Part shown: positions 42,581 to 54,591 of the stretch, one piece after another
How the letters are laid out: every line of letters begins with the position of its first letter
Numbering within the stretch: the first letter of the stretch is position 1
Assembly (NCBI GenBank): GCA_973851085.1
Contig: OZ316776.1
Span: 12,028,001-12,092,000 of the forward strand
Length of the DNA: 64,000 bases
Source of the DNA: Ptychomitrium polyphyllum
Taxonomy: Eukaryota
Direction: 5' to 3'
Notes under the pieces: model-generated
What the model was told of the DNA's origin: nothing
The model's input: only the letters and a program-made list of their open reading frames with translations
The model's database searches: none
Made by a program: the position numbers and the translations under genes

Positions 42581-44611
42581 CCTTTATATGCAAGGCCTTT
42601 GTATGCACCCCCTTGGACAACTCTATTTTGGCTAAGAAATACATAATTATGGAAAATAAATTAGAATTATTCTACTTCACGGCCAAATTAATATTTTTCT
42701 TCCATTTTGGCCTTTTCTAGTAATTTTGAATTTCTCAAGTTTATAGAATAAGTTTAATAAATCAACAATAGTTTTTAAAATTACAAATTAATGATAATAA
42801 TATAAACAATAATGAAATAAAGTATTATTAATTCTACATGCAAAATTTTATTTTTTCTAAATTTAGAAAATATTGGAGGAATGCAGAGCTCCTATTTACT
42901 TCCAGCTTCAGTTTACCTGTGGCCTAGTTAGAAGCCTCCAAAGGCTGGAGAATGGGAAGTGTAGGCTATAGAGGTTGTATTTTTGTCTTTAATTTACAGG
43001 TTAACTTTTTTTAATGCTATAATGCAATTACTGGGATGTCTACTTGCATTCTATTTTCAACTGTGTGTTTAGTATTCTTGGGGGTTCTCATGTATTTGGT
43101 GAAGTTTTGCATTGTTAATAGTATTACTGTAATTAGCTGTATATGATTAATACAATATTACTCTTATGAGTTGTTGCTTAGGGATTACTTACAATAATAA
43201 AGTAGAAGTCTCTAAGATAGTGATCACTGTTCAGTTTAGGAACCTGTAACAATTACCTAAAAGTGGACCTTTATTCTTATATACATATATATTCAACCGT
43301 GGGTCCGCGGTTTCTACTTATCATGAAATGAACTGTTAACAATATGATTATGGTTGATTGGTGGATGACTTGTATATGTTAAAATAACTTACTCTTCCAA
43401 CAAATATCAAAGTCTATTGAAAATAAGAATTTAAAAAAATTAAAATTAACAAACTGATTTGAGGTTCTCATTCTGAGTGCTACCATTGAATATATTAGTT
43501 GATATGAAATCATGCATTCAAGTATGTTAAATGGCTTAAGTTGTTGAAAAATAGAGTCCAGTAATTTATTTCAGACAGTGACTTATTTCAAAAGAGTGAA
43601 AGTTCAGAGTGTCTGCCATTACTGAATGATAGCAGTTGTAGATTCAATATTATTATTTTTTCTTCCTCATGTATTCCTTATATACACCTCCACACAAATC
43701 TACAAGAGTGTATTGCAGTTGGTTACCATTTGCAATAGAGTAAATAACATTTTTGGCACTATTTTATGTACAGGTAAAAACCCATTTTTGAAATCGATTT
43801 TACAATTTAGTATTGAAATGGTATGCATGATTTTAAATTTTTGTTATTCATATAGTTTGGAACAAGAATAGTTTTTATGGCAAAGAAAAATTCTAATACA
43901 GAACAAAATGTACAGTAAGGTAATAAGTGCTATGAGTCTAAAGAGCACGGATGGTGAATTGAACACTACTAATATTCCAGAAAATCTTCAAGTGCGCTTG
44001 TTTATTGTAAAAGAATTCATAGGTGCAATTCCAAAAATTGCTTTGGTGTTTAGTGAAGCCTAATCCAAGAGATATTTTATGAAACAAGAAACTAGCCGTG
44101 TTTCTTTGTAACTATGTAGGCTGAAGTGATTAGCAGGACAATGATTGCATATAAATTGAAATGGAGAATATGCTAATGCCAATGTAACAACTTATAAAAA
44201 GAAGTAGCCATATGGAAAATCTTATGAAGTAGCCATATGATAATTGTAGGCTTGTATTATAATGGAGGACAGATGTGTGAGAAGAAGAATAATAGAGAAG
44301 ACTAATTAAGTTGTATTAGGAGAGTAGGATTGCAAGGAAAACACACAATAGGACTAAAAACTCTTTGTTCATATAAGAATTAACATCTATAGACTTAAAC
44401 AACCAAAAAGTCAGTTTTTAGAATAATTTGAATATTGCCATGATGTATTTATCTTGTTCTAAGTTTTTGTATTTGGTGTAAATGTTATAAAGAAATTAAA
44501 ATGTATGTACTATATATTTTTGAATTGTACTTTATGAAATGAAAGTCAATTATATTATATGTCAAGTTATAATTAATAATGAATGTTATACTTCATGTTT
44601 GAAATAATTGT

Positions 44612-45215
44612 TGTTAGAGACATAAGAAACAAGAAGTAGAAACAAAGTATTTTCCAATAATTAGCTTCCAAAGAGCTAATGATTTAACAAGAACTTGATA
44701 CAAAAAGTAGAACAAGGCAGGATACAATATGATCCATAAATTGTGTTGGTATGATTAAGGAATACCTTGTCTTGCCTCCTATTTATACTATAACACTTAT
44801 ATTTCCTAGGATACTTCTAAAGAAACTTCCTGTAAGACTTAAGAATGTTCTAGAAGTCTATAGAACCTTCCCAAGAAGTTTTTCAAGATGTTGGAACCTT
44901 CCTAAGAAGCTTCCAAGGAATTGGAACCTTCCTTGGAATTTTCCTAAGGTGGTTGAACCTTCTTAGAAAGTTTTCTAAAGAGGTAGAACCTTTTTAGGAA
45001 GTTTCCTGAGGTGATAGAACATTCTTAGGAAGTTTCCGAAGATGATGGAAACTTCCTAAGAAGTTTCTTGAGGTGGTAGAACTTTCCTAAGAAGTTTTCC
45101 AATGACGTGGAAACAAATATGGAAACATTAAAAGTATTCTAAAAAACTACTATAATATACAAGAAGGTTCTAGAAGGTTTCAAAAGACTATATTGCATAA
45201 TCTATATTTGTGACA
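44612..45215 (-). mobile_element. Solo LTR (604 bp) of the same gypsy family as 47180-53602
   Basis: TGTTAG...TGTGACA termini with a perfect 5-bp TSD ATTGT (44607-44611 and 45216-45220). Shares ACAAGAACTTGATACAAAA, CTTGCCTCCTATTTATACTA and 31-bp U3 repeats with the full-length element's LTRs. Confidence 0.92.
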
Positions 45216-47179
45216 ATTGTAATGGAATTAAAGAAATTAATTATTTATAAACATTGTTTGTGCTTATTCAAAAAGCAAAAGATGATGATTGGGCGGCCTA
45301 TTGTAAGTACGTTACTCCTATTTATTTCAAGGTCCATTGTTAAAGAAATACACAATACTTCCAAGTGATTGAAGTGGCCATTTCAATACGAAAACATAGG
45401 CACATAAGAACAGTATATCACTACTAGAAGAATTAATGTTTGATGAAGCAGGTTTTGTCTTTAATGGTGTGTGTTGATTTAAATGCGAACAAAATGCAAC
45501 TTCAATGTCAATAAAATGCAACTTCAATAATAATACCTTTAGTGAAGAATCCAAAAGTATGTAAATGAAAAAAATTGCATTATTATGAAGGGCTTTATTG
45601 GTTGAAAAAAATATAGTTTATAAATAATAAATTGAATGCATTTTAATTTAATTATGTATTTGAAAAAAAAAATTATACATTAAAAAATGCGCATATTTTA
45701 TATATGTATTACATATACAATTTAGTATAATTTTGGAATCAAAGATTGCTAATATCTATATATTTGGAGGTCAATATGCATTCATTATAGAAATAGCAAA
45801 AGTAAAACCACCAAATAACACATGTACAAACTATTGAAAATTAATTGATGAAAATGCAGAAAAAATATTTATTTTAATCTGCAAAATATGTATGCAACGG
45901 CAAATGTTGTTAATGCCTTTGCAACCAAGTATGTATACTATTGCTTATAAAATACAAGTGGTGTTTTGTGAATTTAAGGAAAGAAAGCAATTTGATAGCT
46001 TATACAAAGTTCACATAAAAACTAATGGAGATGGAAATGAAGCATAATAGAAGTTCTTAAAACAATTTATGTAGAAAGTAGTAGATGGAAATCCACATAG
46101 ATATTATCCATTTTAAAAATCCACATAGATATATTTTTTTTTTCATGACCCCTTCATTCACATATTTTGGTGCTACATCCAAATATAGACCTCTAATATA
46201 TGAAAAAAAATTAATATATTTAATACAAACAAAAAATAATAATTTCCATAGGAAATATGTCTACACAAATTTCTATATTGTATATAGTAGAAGTGAATGA
46301 ATCAATCAAAAGAAATACATGGATGATATAATAGGTGGAGAAAATCTTAGTAGAAACATTGGAGTTATTTAAGTATAGAGTTCACAAATGGAGTGGTTGA
46401 AAATGATGGGTGCATTTGAATTCATAGATCTTGTGAAGTAGTATCTAATGAAAACCAAAAAACAACTGAATTTAATGTATGCATATATTTTAAGATATGT
46501 ATTAAATGTGCTTGTATAGATTAATTAGAAACAAGTAGCAAGATGCCCAATTGTACCATTGAGCAAGTGCTTTCAAAAAATTTATAAGAGATGGATATTT
46601 TGGAGGAATAGAACCTATGACAAAGACTAATACAACAAAAATTATACATAGTATACAAGATTCTATTCTATATAATTTGCTGCTATAAGCATTTTTTTTA
46701 AGACAACAATGTTTTGTATGTGCGATGATTATAATAAAAATCTTACACAATATGCAAAAGCATGCAATAAAAAAATGAATGCATTTGTATTACATGGCTA
46801 TATTTGTTGGAAGAGTTGATTGATGCAAATATTCAATTATTTGCATGAAAACGTTTCATGCATAATAGACAATAGTAGTGGTATTTTGAAGATATGGAAT
46901 CAAAGATGGAGCAAATGAAGAAGTGCTATGTTATATTGAACAAAAATGAGGTGGATGTTGCATGAGGACCGGCTAGAGAAGTATACGTTTAAAGCTTTCA
47001 TGCAAATTGATATCACGGAAGAATTTAAGATTTTTATAAATTAAATGAAGGATTTGCTATGATGTAAGAGTAAAGTTTGTAGACAAGTAGAAAGACTTTG
47101 TTATAGAGAATTACATACATATAAAGCACATACACCTCATTCATTAAAGCATTGTACAATATATGTGCAATATACAATG

Positions 47180-47627
47180 TGTTAAGGACACAAGAATCAA
47201 AAAGCAGAAACGAAGTGTTTCTCAAGAAATAAGCTTTCAAGGAGCTAATGATTAACAAGAACTTGATACAAAAACTAGAACAAGGCAAGATTCAAGATGA
47301 TCCACAACTTGTGCTGGCAAGACTAAGAAATGCCTTGTCTTGCCTCCTATTTATACTATGATGTTTGTATCTCCTAGTATACTTCTAAAGAAGCTTCCTA
47401 CAAGGCTTAAGAATGTTTTGGAAGTTTAGGGAACCTTCCCAAGAAGTTTCCTAAGGTGATGGAATCTTTGTAGGAAGTTTCATGAGGTGGAAGAACTTTC
47501 CTAGGAAGCTTCCTAAAACATGGAAAGGCTATAAAAACATTTAAAAGTATTCTAAAAAGATATTACAGTATACTAGAAGGTTCTAGAATTTTCTAAGGAC
47601 TATGTTGCATGATCTATGTCCGTGATA
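47180..47627 (-). repeat. 3' LTR (448 bp; three 31-bp U3 units)
   Basis: Colinear with 52988-53602; bounded by the TSD and the PPT. Confidence 0.92.
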
Positions 47628-47637
47628 TCACCTCCCC
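47628..47637 (-). other. Polypurine tract
   Basis: Minus-strand GGGGAGGTGA immediately upstream of the 3' LTR. Confidence 0.85.
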
Positions 47638-47709
47638 ATTTAGCGACGAGTTCCATGAGAAGCTCTTTTTATGGCTTGCTTGTCACATTTCTACAAATTC
47701 CAAAATTTG

Positions 47710-48141
47710 TCAAAGGAGTGAAGCAACATACTCTGCTTGTTGTTTTTTATTCACTAGTTCAACTGGTCTTTGCAAGAAGCGCCGATGGCCACCAGCCAAG
47801 ACTTCTGTTGTTGAAATGTCCCATCCTAAGATTTGATCTTGATTAAGTCCTTTAAAACATCCTCCAAACAAGATTTTGGGTCCTCTAGGAGTGACTCTTC
47901 CAATTTCTAACAAGATGACTAGAGCGCGAGCATCTGAATCAAGACTGGAATGTGAAGGGCGACTAGTCAATACTTCTGCACGAGGTCGTACTCGATGTTG
48001 GGATGTCCCTCTCATATCTTGACTTAGATCCTCCGATACTGAGGGCTGAAAAAGTTGAGGTGGCTCAACAAATGCTATTGTTGATGAAGGCATGGCCGAC
48101 TGCTCTTCACGTATATCCATGATAATACGACAATTTGACAT
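47710..48141 (-). other. Extra sense ORF (143 codons) between the integrase/chromodomain and the PPT
   Basis: Uninterrupted frame inside the element's 3' internal region, with an ATG at MDIREEQ; no recognised homology. Confidence 0.4.
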
Positions 48142-48289
48142 ACTGGCTAGGATCTAAAAATGATCTATCTTGGAAATAATGTTGCACACAATTGGAGGTT
48201 TGGATATCTCTCTTCCCTTCTTCTACTTGTCTATGAAGGAAAAATTTCTTTCTGAAGCTAACGGCTACTAATGTCACATCATCACTGAC

Positions 48290-51200
48290 GTGGTTTTCGA
48301 GGATATTTTTGATGAAAATTTGCGTACCTTCTCGGATGCATTTGTTACATTTGTTGAAGGTTCGCATGTTCGGTCATTGATGCCATATCTTTGCCAATGT
48401 ATAAACTACTCCACATGTTGTTCTCGATGCGTGAATCTAAGATCTCTTCCACTTCATATTCAATTTCATTATTGATTTCCAATAAATGAGGCGGAAGGAC
48501 AATTCTCTCTGGTATACATGATTTGTTATAGGTTTCCAATAACAATACGTGGGATACTGGATGAATTTGCATGCTTGGTAGTAGCTTTAGGCGATAACTA
48601 ACCGGATTTATTTGTTTGTTGATTTCAAACGGTCCCAGCCTTTGATAGTCCAACTTCTTTGATGGTCTTTTTGTTTGTATATTTCGTTGTAGGAGCCATA
48701 CGCTATCTCTAACCTTGAACTTTGGATGGTCTTTTTGATGGCAATTTACATAAGTTTTGTAACGATGTTGAGCTTGTTGTAATTGAAAGGTAATTTCTTG
48801 ATGGATTTTAGCAAGTTGAATTGCAAAATCCTCTACTGTAGGACTTCCAACATGCTTCACTTGAAATGGATCTGTTCGAGGATGATGGCCAAAATTTGCA
48901 AAGAATGGACTTTGAGTTGTTGAAGAATGCACCGTATTATTGTAAGCAAATTCTACCAAAGGCAAGAGATCCATCCAGTTGTCTTGCTGGTAGTTTATGT
49001 TACAACAAAGGTATTGCTCCAAAATTTGATTCACACGTTTGGTTTGGCCATCCGTTTGCGGATGGTCTGCTGAAGAAAAACTGATCTTTACACGCAATAG
49101 TTGGAATAGAGCCCTCCAAAAGTTAAAAATGAACTGTGGCCCTCGATTGGATACAATATCATCTGGTTGTCCATGTATGCGGTAGACGTGATTTAGGAAC
49201 AACTTGGCAGTTTTATCTCTCGTTACCGTCTTGTTGCATGGAATGAAATGTACCATTTTGGTAAATCGATCCAGCACTACCAAAGTAGAATTCTTAGAAT
49301 CGGAATTTAGAAGGTCCGTGATAAAATCTATTGACAAAGACAACCATGGACCCTTTGGCACTGGAAGCGGATGGAAGAAACCATGAAGTTGGTGCCTTGC
49401 TATCTTGGCTCTTGCACAAGTGTTGCATGATCGAACAAAGTCCTTCACGTACTTCTACATTTGTGGCCACCAATAGTCTTTAGCAATCAACTCCATTGCT
49501 TTATTGAATCCAAAATGTCCTACTGCTGGAAAATCATGACGTGCTTGAAGGATCTTCAACCCCAAAGAGCCTGGAGGTAGGTACAAAAGTCCTTTATAAT
49601 AAAGTAGGCCCTCTTGGAATTCAAATTCATCATCGCTATTTGAAGGACCTCCATTGTCTTTGAGGCGCTTCTTTATATTTGAATCAAAGACGTCATTCTT
49701 CAAAGCCTTCCAAATTTTGTCAAGATGTGATGTTGTCATAATAATCGCTGCTTTCAATTGAAGATTCTCTGACTTCAATAAAATAGTCCTTTGTTGATTC
49801 AAAACATCATCTCCAGGTAGAGGAACTGAATAAGATCTTCGAGATAAGGCATCTACCTTACCTTGCAAGCTACCAGATTGATAGGTAATGACAAAGTCAA
49901 ATATGAAAAGCGACATACTCCACCTTGCTTGACGGCGATTCAAAACGCGCGCACTAATGAAATATTCCAAATTCTTGTGACCTGTGTATATTGTGATGGT
50001 ATGTTGAGCTCCTTCCAATAAATGTCGCCATTCTTCAAATGCATCTACAATTGCAAGTAGTTATTTATCATGTATATCATAGTTTATCTCTGCCGTTGAG
50101 AACTTCCTTGAACAAAAGGCAAGAGGGTGAAGTCTCCCGTCTTCATTATATTGTGAGAATACTGAGCCAAGCGCAACATCTGAGGCATCCGCTTCCAAAT
50201 AAAAAGGCTTTGATGGATTTGGATGAATGAGGATTAGAGCCGACGTGAATAACTTCTTAAGACTTTGAAATGCTTTTTCCACCTCTTCATTCCAAATGAA
50301 TTTTTGCTTTTTTGTAACTCGTGTTAATGTTAATTCTTGATGAATATCATGTAGGAATTTGCAAATTCCAAGAAGCATTGAATATCTCGAATTGATCTTG
50401 GCGTACTTCACTCCATGACAGTGCTTATTTGTTTCTTATCCATATGGAATCCTTTTTTGGAAATGATGTAGCTTAAAAATTCAACTGAGGATTCCTGGAA
50501 AAGGCACTTCTCTAATTTGGCATATAATCCTCGATGGCATAATTTTTCTAAAACCAGTTGCACATAACATTCGTGGTCTTGTTCATCCTTTAAATATATT
50601 AAAATGTCATCTAAAAAGATGACTACAAAATCGTCCAAATTTTCATGGAAGATATCATTCATCACATGTTGAAAGACTGTGGGGGCATTAGTAAGGCCAA
50701 AAGGCATGACATTGTATTCAAAATAACCATACCTAGATCGAAAAGCTGTCTTTTATTTGTCTCCTTCTTTGATGCGTACAAGATTATAGGCTCTTCTAAG
50801 GTCAATTTTGGTGAATATCTTTGCTTGGCTAAGTTGTTGTAGGAGTCCTGAGATTAATGGTAATGGATAGCGATTCTTTTTTGTTACTTTATTGAGGCCT
50901 CGATAGTCCACGTACATACGTAATGATCCATCTTTCTTCTTTATAAATAGAATGGATACTCCAGCAAGTATTTTAGAGTGTTGAATGAAATCCTTTCCAA
51001 GGTTTTCATCAATATTTTCTCTCAAGGCAGCCAGCTCAATTTGTGATAAGTTATAAATAGGTCCAAAAGGTGGTTGGGTTCCTTCTTGCAACTCAATGGT
51101 ACAATTGTAAGGCCGGTGCTTTGGTAACATGTCCGCATTTTTCTTCTCAAAAACGTCTTTATAATCTTAATATTGACGAGGTATGTTTTGATTAGTCTCT

Positions 51201-51730
51201 ATTATAGAGCTAGACATTGGTGTGGCATAAATGGCATAGATTGGTTCATCCTTTGCCACACTCATAAATGCCTTAGCTCTAATAAATGATGGTCCAAGAT
51301 TTCTTGTACCTTGACATCTTTTCCTTAAGACCACACTTCGTGAGCGCCAGTCAATGTCTGGATTATGAAATTCAAATAAAGGAAGGCCCAAAATAATAGG
51401 ATTCGTTCGGCATTGAATGATGTTGAAGACAATTTTAGATGCCTGATCTCCTAAAATAACTTCCAAGGGTTGTGTTTCTTCAATAACATTGCCAGACGCA
51501 AGAGATCGTCCATCAATAATTTCAACAGGTGCGGGATATTTTTTCTTCACAAGCACCATGTGATGTTTGGTTGCAAAATCCTTGTCTATAAAACATGCAG
51601 TTGCACTAAGAGAGCTTCACTAATTATTTCATTATCTAACAATTTAATTTTGATAGGAAATGTAAAACAAGAGGTAGTAAGAGGCCTTGATTTGATGGTG
51701 GTTTCCTTGTGGTGTCCAGTCGCATGGTCC
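48290..51730 (-). pseudogene. pol: Disrupted pol: protease, reverse transcriptase, RNase H, integrase, chromodomain
   Basis: PR: EALL/ATACFIDKDF with the catalytic DSG lost to a small deletion, [69 protein letters not shown]...CNTC, HPQTDGQTKRVNQ, GPF. Chromodomain: YEVEEILDSR, then after a frameshift IHWQRYGINDRTCEP. Confidence 0.93.
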
Positions 51731-52751
51731 CTACTGTGACTGGACAGCCTCGTTTTCCAACTCCACCATTGTGCTTTGAGCCTTAAAGGCAGATCCTTTG
51801 ATTTGGCAATCGTGCATTTTATGTCTAGACTTGCTACAATACAAACATAGGTTTTCTCTTCGACGCCTTTCTTTTTATTCTGAAGTCAAACGTCTGAATT
51901 AGGCAGCATCAATTTGCATAGGTTCTGGACTTTGTGGTCGGCTTTCGAATATTCTTGAAGAAGTGATAGCCACGCTTTGATGTACTGGTCGCCATCCAAA
52001 GCATTATTCTTGGCGCCTTTCAAATAGTCTATTGTCACATGCTATTGCTCGAGTGATGAATTCGTCCAATATTTCAACTCTTGGCATTGTGAGTAGCAAG
52101 TCCTTTACATTCTCTCTTAAGCCCCATCGGAATCATGTGACCAAGGCTTCATCATTCCAATCAAGGTAGCAAGCTAATTGTCAAAACTCTGTAGCATATG
52201 TAGCAGCTGAGCGCTGTCCTTGTTGGAGACTTTGGATCCTTGTCTTAACCACCCTTTCTTGGTCGGTGTCTCCAAAAGTAGATGTCAATGCTTCTACAAA
52301 AGCATCTAAGTTGTTGAATAATGGTGACTGCTTCTCCATTAGTGATGCAAACTGCGATAGTACATTGTTTGATAAAAGAACGGCCACAAATTTCACTTGA
52401 GTTGTACCATCACGATAGTGAAATTGATGCAAACTAAGGAAGAGCCTTACTTAATGAACAAAGCCTCTCAATTTTGATCTTTGTCCATCGAACCTGTCTG
52501 GCATGCTAATCTTTGGCTCTGCATGGATTCGATGTAAGCCTTCTCTTCCAATATTGGCCTCTTGCAATTGAACAACCTCTTTATATAGGCTTTGAATATC
52601 ACCATTGGATGCTTCAGCTTGCCAAGTTCCGTTGCTTCAAATTGTTGGTGGTGTTAAAGCGGGCGAGTACTGTTCAAACTGTATTTAATGACTTTTGAAG
52701 GTTTGCAATAGTTGCAAGCCTATTCTTTGATGTTCCAGGCACGTTATCCAT
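51731..52751 (-). pseudogene. gag: Disrupted gag with CCHC zinc knuckle
   Basis: Retrotrans_gag-like LQQGQRSAATYATEF and knuckle CLYCSKSRHKMHDC, ending ...ENEAVQSQ*; internal stops. Confidence 0.85.
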
Positions 52752-52972
52752 TTCTTAAGATTGTCAAAGACAAAAAGACTATGAATACCTTTAAAAGAGG
52801 ATAATCCACATCTTTTGAAAGAAGTAGTACTTAGTTCTAGAAGGAGAAACCAAGTCTATGGTACCAGCTTAGAAGAGGGTAATCCGCAACTTCTAAGACG
52901 ATATGGAATCCTAAAGAAGATGGATAATCTACAATATTCTTCAAAGAACCTTAGCTCTGACAAAGATAAAAA

Positions 52973-52984
52973 TTAGTCTTGCCA
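52973..52984 (-). other. Primer-binding site complementary to the element's own LTR R region (self-priming type)
   Basis: Minus-strand TGGCAAGACTAA, 3 nt downstream of the 5' LTR; exact complement in the 3' LTR at 47315-47326, two-mismatch complement in the 5' LTR at 53122-53133. Confidence 0.8.
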
Positions 52985-52987
52985 AAC

Positions 52988-53602
52988 TATTAAGGACACA
53001 AGCACCAAGAAGCAAAAACAAAGTATTTCCCAAAGAATTAGCTTTCAAGGAGCTAATGATTAACAAGAACTTGATACAAAAACTAGAACAAGTCAGGATT
53101 CAAGATGATCCACAATTGTGTTGGTAAGATTAAGGAATACCTTATCTTGCCTCCTATTTATACTATGACGTTTGTATCTCCTAGGATACTTCTAAAAAAG
53201 CTTCCTACAAGGTTTAAGAATGTTTTGGAATTCTAAAGAACCTTCCTTGGAAATTTCCTAAGATAGCGGAACCTTCTTAAGAAGTTTTCTAAAGAAGTAG
53301 AACCTTCCTAGGAAGTTTCCTGAGGTGGTAGAACTTTCCTAGGAAGTTTCCTAAAATGATGGAACCTTCCTATGAAGTTTCTTAAGGTGATGGAATTTTT
53401 GTAAGAAGTTTTGTAAGAAGTTATCTAAGATGATAGAACCTTCCTAGGAAGTTTCCTAAGGTGGAAGAACTTTTTTATGAAGCTTCCTAAAAACATGGAA
53501 AGGCCATGGAGACATTTAAAATTATTCTAAGAAGATATTATAGTATACTAGAAGGTTCTAGAATGTTCTAAGGACTATGTTGCATGATCTATGTTTGTGA
53601 TA
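52988..53602 (-). repeat. 5' LTR (615 bp; eight 31-bp U3 units; TATA at 53155-53162)
   Basis: Colinear with the 3' LTR and the solo LTR; TATAAATA on the minus strand. Confidence 0.92.
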
Positions 53603-54550
53603 CAATGAAGGGAATTGAATTGTCGGCTCTTGATATTTTATAGTAGAACATTGAAGTACATATGAATTTGGACGTGTAATAGAACCAAGTTACACATGTT
53701 TTGATTGCAATTCCAGCTTTGATATGAATAGAACAATGTTGAATGAAAAGTGCATATGATTAATTTATTGTAAATAGAATGGCAATTGTAAATAGAAGTG
53801 CAATTGCAATGGTAGATGTATCAAAAGAATTGCAATACATTATAACATGGATGTCTAAAATGACTTGGTGGAATGCAGTAATTATGTTATTTCTTAATGA
53901 AATTGGCCTGTTTTTAAAAAAAACAACAAAGAATATTATTGGATATGTAAACATTATTTTAACCAAGGAATTCATTAAGTGGTAGTTTTTAAAAGAAAGA
54001 GGGATATATGTTTGAAATTACAACTATGGATAGAATTTAGAACAATAAGTATTGAAGATTATAAGAGAATGACTCATATGATAAGTATGGTGTAGAAGTA
54101 AAACATCTACAATGTAAATGTAATACAACAACAACCAAAGATGCATATCTTTGGGAAGATATAGCAAAACATGAGTTTAGAGTTTGTGGTAGCAATAAAG
54201 AAGAAGTAAAGGAACATGGAGTTTCATTGGTAATGATATATGTAAGAAGTTTATGGTGCATGGAGGAATTTAAATTCCATAATAAATGATTTGATATATG
54301 AAACAAATGGTGATTATTGTGTGAATCATTTGTATTTGTGCTATATTCAAGAAGATTCATGTGGCATTGCAATTGCAAACGACAATGTATGTTGGCACAC
54401 TTTTGAGGAGAAATACTTCAAGAGAATTAAGCTTCTACAACTATTTTAACAAGCAATAACTATACGTTTAGCAAATAAAAATGTTATAGAAAAATCATTT
54501 GATTAAAGAGAGGCTAAAATATTAAATGCTCTTTTGAGCCTTGCATCTAC

Positions 54551-54591
54551 TATAGCCCCGTAGTAGTGCGATTATAGCCCCGTAGTAGTGC
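54551..54591. repeat. 19-bp direct repeat (period 22) containing TAGTAGTG; possible CACTA-type terminus
   Basis: TATAGCCCCGTAGTAGTGC occurs twice; its reverse complement contains CACTACTACGGGGC. Confidence 0.4.

Larger units (their letters stand above)
47180..53602 (-). mobile_element. Full-length but decayed Ty3/gypsy chromovirus LTR retrotransposon (Tcn1/Tf1-sushi-like)
   Basis: TSD CAATG (47175-47179 and 53603-53607); 5' LTR 52988-53602, 3' LTR 47180-47627; PPT GGGGAGGTGA next to the 3' LTR; domain order gag-PR-RT-RH-IN-chromodomain on the minus strand, with many stops and frameshifts. Confidence 0.95.

Noticed and set aside
44860..45112. CRISPR-like array of ~31-bp palindromic repeats
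   Set aside because: Units are contiguous with no unique spacers, lie inside an LTR, and the DNA is eukaryotic with no cas genes.
45419..45429. CACTACTAGAA as the left CACTA terminus pairing with 54551-54591
   Set aside because: Only the first 8 nt match the putative right TIR, and no matching 3-bp TSD or subterminal repeats were seen.
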